Assembly (NCBI RefSeq): GCF_006345805.1
Contig: NC_043018.1
Span: forward strand, 20,150,001 to 20,214,000
Source: Octopus sinensis
Lineage: Eukaryota
Length of the DNA: 64,000 bases
Reading direction: 5' to 3'
The position numbers and the translations under genes are program-made. This document shows positions 24,642 through 38,276 of this stretch, one piece after another. The notes below the pieces were generated by a model. That model did not search any database and was not told the DNA's origin. It saw nothing but the letters and a program-made list of their open reading frames with translations. How positions within the stretch are numbered: the stretch's first letter is position 1; every line of letters begins with the position of its first letter.

Positions 24642-25560
24642 TACAAGATGTGTTCAAAAGAATACCTGACTTGGTTTTTTTCCCAACCAAAACTAATATA
24701 TGGACAAAATCCTTCAGGTGGAAGGTGATGCCACCCTTCCTATGCAGGCGTGAGAACTTTTGAAGCTGGTAGGCCCTATCAGTTCTTGACTATTATGCCT
24801 AGAGCAGTGCTTTTCAAACTTTTTGCTGGAGCAGAACCCCAAGGAAATATTCCACTGGCTCGGGGAACCCCTGTGCAATAATTTTATAGTCTTATGCACA
24901 CATATCAGCACAGGTAGAATTAAAAATTACTGCCGATTTTAGCAGTTTTGTAACTTCTTGCGGAACCCTAAGGTTCCGCCGAACCCTGGTTGAAAACCAC
25001 TGGCCTAGAGTATAGACCTGTACTGCATGTTTGTCGGATTTTCGTTTTCAGGCAAGATGACAGAACACATGAAGCTGAGGCCATGAACCCATGTCTCATC
25101 ACCAGTGATGAAGCTCTTCATGAAGTCTGGGTCGTGGTTTGCAGAGCCTGGCATGTCCTGAGCAATTTTCTTGTGGAGTTGCTTCTACTGCTCCACCAGC
25201 ACCTTAGGGACAAATTTCACCAACATTCTCTATCTGCACAAATCTTCCATTAAACTGGAATGCACTGATCCTGCACTAATTCCTACTTTGTGACCAATTT
25301 CCTGATTTGTTACATGACAGTCTTCCATGACTCTTTGTCAAACCTTCTCAATCAGTTCCTTATTTTGGTTTGTGGATGGTCTGCCTGAGCATGCCTCACT
25401 CCACACTTAGGTGCCGCCACGTTTGAAATTGTTATACAATTTCTTGGGCTTAGTTTTGTCCATGGCATTCTCACCAAGGCCTGCTGAATTTTCTGGATGG
25501 TTTTAGCTTGAGAATTATCAAACTTTTGGCAAAACTTCCTTCAATATCTCTACTCAATAT
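24642..25560 (-). mobile_element. Decayed mariner element interrupted by a hAT MITE
   Basis: Minus-strand fragments SGRPSTNQNKELIEKV*QRVMED, EIGHKVGISAGSVHS and KIAQDM...DPDFMKSFITGDETWV (mariner HTH plus first catalytic Asp). TIR-like tacaagatgtgttcaaaag at 24642. Confidence 0.8.
24805..25002. mobile_element. hAT (Charlie-like) MITE, 198 bp
   Basis: TIRs cagtgcttttcaa / ttgaaaaccactg; perfect 8-bp TSD gcctagag at 24797-24804 and 25003-25010. Confidence 0.9.
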
Positions 25561-26542
25561 GTTTGAAACCAAAATTCCAATGAGTGTGCACTACATGCAA
25601 GGTGCCGTGCAGTAGGATTGAACCTGGAACCATGTGGTGGGGAAGCATGACTCTCCATTGGTAGACGATGTGTCTGTGTTCTGTAATTTCTTGCTTAACA
25701 ACCTTGGCAGATGATTCGTTTATAGTGCTTCAATGTTTTGTGTCGCCAGGAACAGGCATACCCTACTGGTGCAAAAATTTTTACATATGTGCCTGAGGGT
25801 GGCTTCACCTACCACACAAATGATTTTGCCCACATGGTGTTAGCCTTCACTTATTTTAGTCAATAGACTCCAGCTGTGTAAGAATATGTCTGGCCATAGG
25901 GGAAAATTACTTTGCTTGGAAACAGGCGAGGGCTGGCAGCAGTAAAGGCATCCAGCTGTAGGAAATCTGCTTCATCAAAATTCTGCCTGACCAATGCTAG
26001 CACGGAGAAGATGTTAAAAAGATGATGATGATGATGATACACATATATATTTGTTGCTTAATATGTATGTGTTGTGTGTGTGTGTGTGTGTGTTGTTCTT
26101 CTTTCACTCTTTTACTTGCTTCAGTCATTTGACTGTGGTCATGCTGGAGCACCACCTTGGAAGGTTTTTCATTCAAAGAAATCAACCCCAGGATTTATTC
26201 TTTGTAAGCCTAGTACTTATTCTATTGGACTCTTTTGGTGAACTGCTAAGTTACAGGGATGTAAACACATCAACACCAGTTGTCAAGCAATGGTGGGTAA
26301 ACATATAATATGTATTTGTGTGTGTGTATATATTCTACTCTTTTACTTGTTTCAGTCATTTGACTGCGGCCATGCTGGAGCACCGCCTTTAGTCGAGCAA
26401 ATCAACCCCAAAACTTATTCTTTGTAAGCCCAGTACTTATTCTATCAGTATCTTTTGCCGAACTGCTAAGTTACAGGGACGTAAATACACCTGCATCAGT
26501 CGTCAAGCGATGTTGGTGGGACAAACAGACACACAAACATAT

Positions 26543-26575
<33 letters not shown>

Positions 26576-27904
26576 CATATATATATACGATGAGCTTCTT
26601 TCAGTTTCTGTCTACCAAATTCACTCACAAGGTTTTGGTCGGCCCGAGGCTATAGTAGAAGACACTTGCCCAAGATGCCACGCAGTGGCAATGAACCCAG
26701 AACCATGTGGTTGGTAAGCTAGCTACTTACCACACAGCCACTCCTGCACCCGTCGTATGTGTGATATATATATATATATATATGTGGTGTATATATTAAA
26801 AATGTGAAGGTGCATAGCTTAGTGGTCATGGCATTGCAATTGCGAGATCGTTTTGATTCACAGACCAGGTGTTGTGTTGCGTTTTTGAGCAAAACACTTC
26901 AGTTTATATTCTTTCAACATCTGATGCACAGCAGACATGTGCACCTGTACAGGTAATGTCGTTCTGATGGAGGGAGGGAGCTTATGGCGACACAAAACAT
27001 TGAAGCACTATAAACGAATCATCTGCCTAGGTTGTGAAGCCAGAAATTACAGAACGCTGACACATCGTCTACCAATGGAGAGTCATGCTCCCCCCACATG
27101 GTTCCAGGTTCAATCGTACTGCACAGCACCTTGCTTAAGAGTTTCTACTATAGCCTTCAGCCGACCAAAGCTTTGTGAGTGGATTTGGTAGACAGAAACT
27201 GAAAGAAGCCTGTAGTATATATGTATATATATATGCGTGTGTGTCTGTGTTTGTCCCCCAGCATTGCTTGAGAACCGATGCTGGCGTGTTTATGTCCCTG
27301 TTACTTAGCAGTTTGGCAAAAGAGACCGATAGGATATAAGTACTGGGCTTACAAAAGAATAAGTCCCGGGGTCGAGTTGCTCAATTAAAGGCCGTGCTCC
27401 AACATGGCCGCAGTCAAATGACTGAAACAAGTAAAAGAGAGTAAAGAGTATATATCGTGTATGTGTGTGGTTTCATATATTTGCTCGTGTCCTTTATCAT
27501 ACAGCCAAATACTTGTGGAAGCAACAAGCAGGGTAGCTGTAATCACATCAGCCGACTCCCGAGTCAAATCAGGATGATGTTACGCGTTGCCCAGGGCCAC
27601 AACAGATAACTTAAATAAGCAAGAGTGAGGTGTATGGATAAATATAGCCACTGCCATATTTGCTAACACATTACCGCTATGTTTCCCATTCTCCATGAGG
27701 TACTGAATGTTTTATCAGCAGAGATAAGTTAACTCCTTTAAATATCTTTATATTTGCTTTAGATCAGCTGGAAGTAAATTTTGCTCATCTTCCCCCCCCC
27801 CTTTTTTTTTTTTACCCCTTTTTATCGCACAAGAATTTCGCTGTCGGCAGGTTTGTCCCTTAATCTCTCTTTCGTTCTCGTTTGTTTGTAAGAAATGCCT
27901 TATA

Positions 27905-27928
27905 CACATAATATATATATATATATAC

Positions 27929-27966
<38 letters not shown>

Positions 27967-28478
27967 ATTATATATATATATATATATATATATATCTATA
28001 TATATATATATATATAATATTATATACATGCATATATATATAATATATATATATATATACATGCATATATATATATATTATATATATATACATGCATATA
28101 TATATAGATATATATATATATACATGCATATATATATATATATATATATAATACATGCATATATATATATATATATAATATATACATGCATATATATATA
28201 TATATATATATATACATGCATATATATATATAATATATATATACATGCATATATATATATATATATATACTATACATGCATATATATATATATATATATA
28301 TATACATGCAATATATATATATAATATATATATACATGCATATATATATATATATATATATATACATGCATATATATATATATATATACATGCATATAGA
28401 TATATACATATATAATATGCATATATATATTATATAATCTATACATGCATATATATATATATATATATATATACATGC

Positions 28479-28509
<31 letters not shown>

Positions 28510-28640
28510 TGACACATGCATATATATATATATATATATATACATGCATATATATATATAGATATATATATACATGCATATATATATATATATATATATA
28601 TACATGCATATATATATATATATATATATATATACTGCAT

Positions 28641-28672
<32 letters not shown>

Positions 28673-28796
28673 ATATATATATATTATTATATATACATGC
28701 ATATATATATATATATATATATATCTACATGCATATATATATATATATATATATATATAACATGCATATATATATATTATATATATATATACATGC

Positions 28797-28831
<35 letters not shown>

Positions 28832-29030
28832 GCATATATATAATATATATACTATATATATACATGCATATATATATACTATATACATGCATATATTATA
28901 TATATATATACAATGCATATATATATATACATATACATGCATATATATATATATATATATGCATATATATATACATATATATATATATGCATATATATAT
29001 ATATAGTATATATATAATGTCCATATATAT
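27905..29030. repeat. (TA)n tract punctuated by CATGC every ~20-30 bp
   Basis: Repeated tatatatacatgcatatata units. Confidence 0.95.
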
Positions 29031-30541
29031 TTTTTTTTTTTTTTTACTGTAGGTGTTTGTTCCTTTCATGCTGTGGTGTGGATGGGATGGCTTGTAGATA
29101 TGTACATAAGGTTTGTACATTTAGACATATGTGCAAACCATATATTATATGTACATACATATATAATAATATATGTGTGTGTAATTATATATATATATAT
29201 ATATAGATATATAATATATATATATATATATTCACATACAGAGGTACGGGCATGGCTGTGTGGTAAGAAGTTAGCTTCCCAACTGTATGGTTCTAGGTTC
29301 AGTCCCACTGTGTGGCACCTTGAGCAAGTGTCTTGTACTATGTCCTCTGACCGCCCAAAACCTCGTGAGTGGATTTGGTAGACAGAAACTGAAAGAAGCC
29401 AGTCATATATATGTATGTATATATTTATGTGTGTGTGTATTTGTTCTCACACCATTGCTTGACAACTGATGTTGGTGTGTTTACGTCCGCCGTAACTTAG
29501 CGGTTCAGCAAAGGTGACCGATGGAATAAGTACCAGGCTTAAGTCCAAGGGTGAATTTCTTCGACTAAAAAGGCGGTGCTCCATCATGGCCACAGTCAAG
29601 ATGACTCAAACAAGTAAAAGATTAAAAGAATGCATATATATATATGTGTGTGTGTGTGTGAGTGTGTTTATGTTTCTACACACACACACACACACATATA
29701 TAGATAGACAGATAGATAGATGTGTTGGGTGAAGAAATTTAACGTATGTGGTGCACGCTTGCATCTCGTTTAGACATGGATAGTTGTTAAAAGAAGGCAA
29801 TGTCATCATACATGATGTGTTGTATATTTCCAATATTCAGAGAAAACATGCGACGAAGCATTTTAGAAACAAGTAAGAGTTGGTGACAGGAAGAGCACCC
29901 AACCATAGAAAACTACCTCAATAAATTCCGTTTGACCTTGCTAGCATGGCAAATTGGACATTAGAATAATGATCACACACACACAAATACTTATAGATAG
30001 TGGGTTCAGTTCTTGGACTAGATAATTCCTTGAGTCCTTGAGCAAGACCCATCATATCACGTCTCTTCAGTGCATTGAAAAAAGGGTCTAGTCGAAGCTT
30101 GGTAGGATGGGGCTAAACCAATGGTTGGCTGGCTTCTTGTTCTGGAGGCAGGTTGTAATGCCATAATTTCTGTTGCCTAAACACCATGAAACCAATATAA
30201 TCTTCCAACCTCCCCATTTGGGTCCCGAGGCTTGAGACAGGCTTGAACTTACATAGCTAACCATCCATCTCCCCTATTCACCCTACCTAGAAAGGTTGTT
30301 GGGGTAGAGTCTGTAGGATCATGTCAGAAGCAACCATCCTTATACTTTCCTTCTTCTTCCTGGATTCCTAAGCATCACCAATTGAGACTATGGATCTTAG
30401 TCAACCAGTTCGTTCTTGGGTTTATTCCTCGGTCTCTTGTCTTGAAGAAACAGACTTCTGATTCTTTTTTATAGCTTTTTTATACACTCATTGTGTAGCA
30501 CCATAGCTGTGACCTCTTGATGCAAAGGAGTTGTGGATCGA

Positions 30542-31248
30542 CTTAGAGGGATCCCCTGATCTCTGAGCAGTGCACCCTCTCAAGTAACAACCTAAAGGAA
30601 TTCCCTGATCTCTGAGCTATGCACTCTCTTGAATAATAATCTAGAAGGATCCCCTAATTTCTGAGCTGTGCACCCTCTCAAGTAACAGCCTAGAGAAATT
30701 CCCTGATCTCCAAGCTATGCACCCTCTTGAATAATAATCTAGAAGGATCCCCTAATTTCTGAGCTGTGCACCCTCTCAAGTAACAACCTAGAGGAATTCC
30801 CTGATCTCCAAGCTATGCACCCCCTAATTTCTGAGCTGTGCATCCTCTCAAGTAACAACCTAGAGGAGTTCCCTGATTTCTGAGCTATGCACACTCTTGA
30901 ATAATAATCTAGAAGGATCCCCTGATCTCTGAGCTATGCACCCTCTTGAAAATTAATCTAGAAGGATCCCCTAATTTCTGAGCTGTGCTCCCTCTCAAGT
31001 AACAACCTAAAGGAATTCCCTGATCTCTGAGCTATGCACCCTCTTGAATAATAATCTAGAAGGATCCCCTAATTTCTGAGCTGTGCACCCTCTCCAGTAA
31101 CAACCTAAAGGAATTCCCTGATTTCTGAGCTATGCACCCTCTTGAATAATAATCTAGAAGGATCCCCTAATTTCTGAGCTGTGTGCCCTCTCAAATAACA
31201 ACCTAGAGGGATTCCTTGATCTCCGAACTATGCACCCCCTCGAGTAAT
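30542..31248. repeat. 49-bp minisatellite with alternating A/B monomers (98-bp higher-order repeat), ~14 monomers
   Basis: A: ctagaaggatcccctaatttctgagctgtgcaccctctcaagtaacaac; B: ctaaaggaattccctgatctctgagctatgcaccctcttgaataataat. Confidence 0.92.
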
Positions 31249-31315
31249 GTTATTTCAGAGACCCTTCAGAGGAACCCCTTCTCAGCTGCTTGTGTGTGTG
31301 TGTACATACACATAT

Positions 31316-31695
31316 GGAGGCACAATGGCCCAGTGGTTAGGGCAGCGGACTCGCGGTCATAGGATCGTGGTTTCGATTCCCAGACCGGGCGTTGTGAGTG
31401 TTTATTGAGCGAAAACACCTAAAGCACCACGAGGCTCCGACAGGGATGGTGGTGATCCCTGCTGTACTCTTTCACCACAACTTTCTCTCACTCTTACTTC
31501 CTGTTTCTGTTGTACCTGTATTTCAAAGGGCCGGCCTTGTCACTCTCTGTGTCACGCTGAATATCCCCGAGAACTACGTTAAGGGTACACATGTCTGTGG
31601 AGTGCTCAGCCACTTACATGTTAATTTCACGAGCAGGCTGTTCTGTTGATTCGGATCAACCGGAACCCTCGTCGTCGTAACCGACGGAGTGCTTC
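31316..31695 (+). mobile_element. tRNA-derived SINE family C, full-length copy
   Basis: Head ggaggcacaatggcccagtggttagggcagcggactcgc...gtttcgattcc (A/B boxes), ends cggagtgcttc. Other copies at 32123-32922 (-) and 56222-56610 (+). Confidence 0.9.
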
Positions 31696-32122
31696 TTCTA
31701 AAAAACAAAAAATCCACATATAGTGGACAGACCCATGTAAACCCAGGCAGTACAGCTTCTATTTAATCGTTGCAAGAAAATTAATAGCCGAAGAGAGTAC
31801 AGAGTGACACAAACCTGGAGCCAGTGCTATGACATTATGTTATGTCAAGAAGACAAATGAAGAGGGATTTTCAAGTCTGGTCGATATCCACCTCGTTTTC
31901 TGATACCATGCATCCAGTACTGCATTATCAAACAGTTGTTTGTTTTATGTCCATCTTCCCGTGCTGGCATGGGTCAGATGAATGCATTTTATTGAAATAT
32001 TGTTTTACAGTTGGATGCCCTTTTCTCTTGCTAATCTTTACCTGTTTTTCAAGTCAAGTTTTTTTTCTTTCCATTCATCTTTGAATGCACAGCTATTTGA
32101 TGGTTTTATTGACTGCAAATGT

Positions 32123-32922
32123 ATGAAGCACTCCGTCGGTTACAACGACGAGGGTTCCGGTTGATCCGATCAACGGAACAGCCTGCTCGTGAAATTAACG
32201 TGTAAGTGGCTGAGCACTCCACAGACACGTGTACCCTTAACGTAGTTCTCGGGGGATATTCAGCGTGACACAGAGAGTGACAAGGCCGGCCCTTTGAAAT
32301 ACAGGTACAACAGAAACAGGAAGTAAGAGTGAGAGAAAGTTGTGGTGAAAGAGTACAGCAGGGATCACCACCATCCACTGCCGGAGCCTCGTGGAGCTTT
32401 TTTAGGTGTTTTCGCTCGATAAACACTCACAACGCCCGGTCTGGGAATCGAAACCGCGATCCTATGATATTCAGCGTGACACAGAGAGTGACAAGGCCGG
32501 TCCTTTGAAATACAGGTACAACAGAAACAGGAAGTAAGAGTGAGAGAAAGTTGTGGTGAAAGAGTACAGCAGGATCACCACCATCCACTGCCGAGCCTCG
32601 TGGAGCTTTTTTAGGTGTTTTCGCTCGATAAACACTCACAACGCCCGGTCTGGGAATCGAAACCGCGATCCTATGATATTCAGCGTGACACAGAGAGTGA
32701 CAAGGCCGGCCCTTTGAAATACAGGTACAACAGAAACAGGAAGTAAGAGTGAGAGAAAGTTGTGGTGAAAGAGTACAGCAGGGATCACCACCATCCACTG
32801 CCGGAGCCTCGTGGAGCTTTTTTAGGTGTTTTCGCTCGATAAACACTCACAACGCCCGGTCTGGAAATCGAAACCGCGATCCTACGACCACGAGTCCGCT
32901 GCCCTAACCACTGGGCCATTGC
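32123..32922 (-). mobile_element. SINE family C copy with a ~205-bp internal segment in three tandem copies
   Basis: Unit gatattcagcgtgac...aaaccgcgatcctat occurs three times (from ~32255, ~32466, ~32675); tRNA head at 32850-32922. Confidence 0.88.
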
Positions 32923-33291
32923 GCAAATAAGCATTGAATCTAGCTTCACTTGGTGCAGAGTGTTAATATTCACACACACACACATTATATTTCTCTATGA
33001 ATGTGTGTGTATATATAAATGTATGTATGTGTGTGTGTATATATATACATATTCCTATTAAAGTTTCTGAGAGTGTGTATACTCTTTACTCTTTTACTTG
33101 TTTCAGTCATTTGACTGCGGCCATGCTGGAGCACTGCCTTTAGTCGAACAAATCGCCCCCATGATTTATTCTTTGGAAGCCTAGTACTTATTCAATCAGT
33201 CTCTTTTGCCGAACCGCTAAGTTACGGGGACGTAAACGCACCAGCATCTGTTGTCAAGCGATGTTGGGGGGGGGGCAAAATACAGACACAA

Positions 33292-33324
<33 letters not shown>

Positions 33325-33675
33325 CGACGGGCTTCTTTTAGTTTCCGTCTACCAAGTCCACTCACAAGGGTTTGGTTGGCCCATTGAAATATCCTTTTAC
33401 TCGTTTCAGTCATTTGGCTGTGGCCATGCTGGAGCACCGTCTTTAGTCTTTCGTGTTCTTTTATTTGTTTCAGTCATTTGACTGTGGCCATGCTGTGGAG
33501 CACCACCTTTAGTCGAACAAATCAACCCCAGGACTTATTCTTTGTAAGCCTAGTACAAATTCTATCGGACACTTTTGCTGAACCGCTAAGTGACAGAGAT
33601 GTAAACACATCAGCATCAGTCATTAAGGGATGGTGGTGGGACAAACACAAACACATAAACATATACACACATACA

Positions 33676-33715
<40 letters not shown>

Positions 33716-34194
33716 TACACACACATACAATGGACTTCTTTCAGTTTCTGTCTACCAAATCCATTCACAAGGCTTTGGTCAGCCTGAGGCTATAGTAGAA
33801 GGCACATACCCAAGGTGCACGCAGTGGGACTGAACCTAGAACCATGTGGTTGGTAAGCAAGCTACTTACCACACAGCCACAATATTCTCTACTATTTTCA
33901 GTACTTGGACTGTGGCCCTCTTCAGCCACTGACTCGAAGAGTTTAAGCATGTCAGCCTTAGTACACTTACTAATCTGATTGGGGTGTACATAATGTCTGG
34001 TTTTCTATGGTATGCAGAACTATCTGCTGATTGTACACCCCTTCGTATACAGGATGTATAATTTTCCAGAATGTCGTGCGTGTGCATATTTACACACACA
34101 CACACACACACATACACACATGCTTACATAGGTATATGTGTGTATGAGAGAGAGAGAGAGGTTTTGGTGACACAAACAGGAAAATAAACTCAAG

Positions 34195-34305
34195 GCATAA
34201 GTGTGTGTGTGTGTGTGTGTATATATGTGTGTATGTATTTTGTTGGTAATTTATTATTAATAGAAATAAAGTATATGTTATCAACAAAAAACGTAAATGA
34301 GGGTA

Positions 34306-34341
<36 letters not shown>

Positions 34342-34369
34342 TGTGTGTGTGTATATGTGTGTGTGTGTA

Positions 34370-34400
<31 letters not shown>

Positions 34401-34498
34401 ATGTGTGTGTGTATATATGTGTGTATGTATTTTGTTGGTAATTTATTATTAATAGAAATAAAGTATATGTTATCATTAAAAAAAAACGTAAATGAGGG

Positions 34499-34563
<65 letters not shown>

Positions 34564-34569
34564 AATATG

Positions 34570-34618
<49 letters not shown>

Positions 34619-34716
34619 ATGTGTGTGTGTGTGTATATATGTGTATGTATTTTGTTGGTAATTTATTATTAATAGAAATAAAGTATGTTATCATTAAAAA
34701 AAAACGTAAATGAGGG

Positions 34717-34770
<54 letters not shown>
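34195..34770. repeat. Three tandem copies of a ~220-250 bp unit with a unique AT-rich core between (GT)/(TA) tracts
   Basis: Core gtatgtattttgttggtaatttattattaatagaaataaagt at ~34232, ~34424 and ~34644. Confidence 0.88.
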
Positions 34771-34773
<3 letters not shown>

Positions 34774-34841
34774 GTGTATAAAAAGAAAATTGTACAAAGA
34801 ATGAATGGATAAGTGAATCTTGATGATATAGTGTCTGTACC

Positions 34842-34891
<50 letters not shown>

Positions 34892-35043
34892 CTTATATGT
34901 ATATATATATATCTAATGTAGGATAAGATTTTTTTTGGGAAAAGTTTTATCAATAGCCAGCATATCAAAAAATACCTTTAAAGGTTAAATTTATAAATAA
35001 TTTACAAAATAAGGGCATTAGAATTTTTCTTTTGCCCTTATTT

Positions 35044-35078
<35 letters not shown>

Positions 35079-36216
35079 ATATATATATACACTCTTATAT
35101 GTATATATATATATATACACTCTTATGTGTATATATATATAAAATAACAAATTAATAAATAAAACAAATGCATATATACATACATATATGTACGTACCTA
35201 CATCTATATGTATATATACATGCATATATCGGTACAGGACACCAAAAAAAACTTAGAACACAATGAGATATATATACTCACATACATATATGTGTATATA
35301 TAAATATGTTTGTATAAACATACATGTATGCATTCATGCACAAATACATGCATAGTGTACAATGTTTGTACTTTTATTTTGTTTGTGTGGGTGGGCGGCG
35401 CAATTGACTGCCAGGGTGGATGGGGAGGAATGGAGTATCGAGGTAATTAGGTTTTGTCAGTGCAGTTTATGGGGAGGAAATCTGATGATGAGGGAAGCAG
35501 CAGGGACATGATGGCGGCGGTGGTGGTGGTCATGGGAGGAGGGTGCGTGGAAGTAAGAATGGGAGGAGGAGGAGTGTGTAGGATGCTGGGTGAGAGAGAA
35601 GTTGAAGATGGAATGAAGTGAGCAGAGCCGCGCCAGAAAGTAATGTATTTGTGTCTATTTCGGCAGGGAAGATTTGGGGTGGGGGAACAGACGGGTGGCG
35701 TGTCGGGTGGATTACCACTGTACCTAGTGTCTAACGAAGTAGGTTTGAAGATATGAGAAGCACAATGGGTAATGACGATCCTAGGTGAACGTAGGGAGAT
35801 GATAACGACTACGGTAGCAGAAACAACTGCATGTAATGTTGTTGTCTTTCAGATGCCGTCTTCTAATATTTCTTAGCAGGGAACTTGGCTTACCGTAAAT
35901 ATCATCTATGTAATGCGAGATTCTTTGGAATTGTTTATTTACAAAAAAAAAAAAATATGCAGAAGATGGAAAAAAGGATCTGACGAAGACGATGTGTATT
36001 GCATCCGTGCAAAAATATGTAAAAAAAAAAAAAAAAAAAAATGAAAGAAGTTTATACAAAGCTTTCCATTGTGTGAGTCAGCATTTCTCACTTTAGGGAA
36101 AGAAAAAGGGAGACTTTGGAACCAGCAGCCTGAACTATAGAATTTACCAGAAGAGAATGAGAGCGAGAGACAGAGGGAGTGCATGTAGGTTCTCTCTCAC
36201 CTTTGAAACTGTATTG

Positions 36217-36760
36217 CTACACCCCTGCCATCTACATTCATATATACACTCATATATACTCATACATATATACCCTCACATACACATATATACCCTACAC
36301 CCCTGCCATCTACATTCATATATACACTCATATATACTCATACATATATACCCTCACATACACATATATACCCTACACCCCTGCCATCTACATTCATATA
36401 TACACTCATATATACTCATACATATATACCCTCACATACACATATATACCCTACACCCCTGCCATCTACATTCATATATACACTCATATATACTCATACA
36501 TATATACCCTCACATACACATATATACCCTACACCCCTGCCATCTACATTCATATATACACTCATATATACTCATACATATATACCCTCACATACACATA
36601 TACCCTACACCCCTGCCATCTACATTCATATATACACTCATATATACTCATACATATATACCCTCACATACACATATATACCCTACACCCCTGCCATCTA
36701 CATTCATATATACACTCATATATACTCATACATATATACCCTCACATACACATATATACC
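36217..36760. repeat. 78-bp minisatellite, 7 near-identical copies
   Basis: Unit starts ctacacccctgccatc at 36217, 36295, 36373, 36451, 36529, 36605 and 36683; one copy is 2 bp short. Confidence 0.95.
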
Positions 36761-37002
36761 CATACATAAATATACAGTTACATGCACACATGTATATCCA
36801 AAATACATATACAATTATTTCTGTTTGTGTGTAGGCAAAACTGTCGTATCATACCCATGATTATTGGTTTAAACCTGTCTTTCTGAAGCATTTTTTGCTT
36901 ATGGACCCTGCTTTGATCCCTATTTTATTCATTTGATGTTTAAAAATCCTATTATATATTTGTAATTAAATATTACGAGGGATTTTATAAAAATATTTTT
37001 AA

Positions 37003-37221
37003 CCCTTTCGTTACTGTATTTATTTTGTGATGCTCTGTGTTTCATTCAATTACTTTAAATATAACAAAGAATTTAGTAAAATAACTTATTTATCATTCAG
37101 CTAGTGTTAGGAACATAAATTGTGACAAAGGTTTGGTGGAAGATTTTAATTCAAAACTTATGAAAACAAGACATTTGTACGACAGCCAGAAGCAGTTTCA
37201 TCTGGTTTGGTATCAAAAGGG
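37003..37221. mobile_element. piggyBac-like MITE (TTAA-CCCTTT...AAAGGG-TTAA)
   Basis: TTAA at 36999-37002 and 37222-37225; TIRs ccctttcgttac / gtatcaaaaggg. Related copies or fragments at ~9022-9455 (tandem pair sharing a TTAA), ~11040, ~3070-3270, ~3900-4150, ~56720-57000 and ~57870-58180. Confidence 0.75.
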
Positions 37222-37668
37222 TTAAGAATTGTTTCTCTATTATATATTTTAACCTTTTTGTTACCATATTGCTGTTGAGATGCTCTGTGTTTCTTTCAAT
37301 TGATTTTAAATATAACAAAGAATTTCGCTTGAGAACCGATCTTGGTGTGTTTACATCCCCTGTAACTTAGCAGTCAGTGGATTTGGTAGACGGAAACTGA
37401 AAGAAGCCCGTCATATATATATATATGTATATATGTGTGTGTGTATGTATTTATGTGTCTGTGTTTGCCCTACCACCATCTCTTGACAACCAATATTGGT
37501 GTGTTTACATCCCTGTAACGTAGCAGTTTGGCAAAAGAAACCGATAGAATAAGTACTAGGCTTACAAAGAATAAGTCCTGAGGCCAATTTCTACGACTAA
37601 AACTCTTGAAGGCGGTGCTCCAGCATGGGCGCATGTCAAATGACTGAAACGAGTAAAAGCAATAAAAG

Positions 37669-37710
<42 letters not shown>

Positions 37711-38276
37711 GGCTTCTTTCAGTTTCTGTGTATAAAATACACTCAGAAGATTGGGGCCGCAGTAAAAGACACTTGGCCAAGTTGCCTCGCTGTGGGATTG
37801 AACCTGCAACCACGTGGTCAGGAAGTAAACTTCTTAACCTCATAACTATGCTCCTGTGTGTGTGTGTGTGTGCTTGTGTTTGTGCACCTGCATATGATAA
37901 GCAGGCTCTAAAGAAGTTAATATTGTCCAGGAAAGAAGAGCAGCCTTGTACTGTGTGTCTTTTCTTTAACGAGCATCAGTTAAAGAAGTAATTAACTTGG
38001 AGTGCTTGCTTGATGGTAATCGCTGGTAAATACAATCACTCTTAACTGATTGACTGGTTTAGATATATGATGTGTATCTCCTGTCTACAAAGTACACTAG
38101 TTCTCTTTGAAGAACTAAATAAGTTGTTACTACTACTACTACTACCACTACTACTTAAAGTTCTGATTTTAATATAAAGGCTATCATACCAGCTCATCTA
38201 TTTTATTAAAATATTAGCGTAGACAGGATTATCTCTCTCTCTCTCTCATGCACACATGAATCTATAATATAATTAA

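Noticed and set aside
30542-31248. CRISPR-like array
   Set aside because: Units are contiguous homologous monomers with no unique spacers; no cas genes; eukaryotic context.
36157-36834. 225-aa and 196-aa repetitive ORFs
   Set aside because: Consequence of a 78-bp (26-codon) tandem repeat; a 2-bp deletion in one unit shifts the frame.
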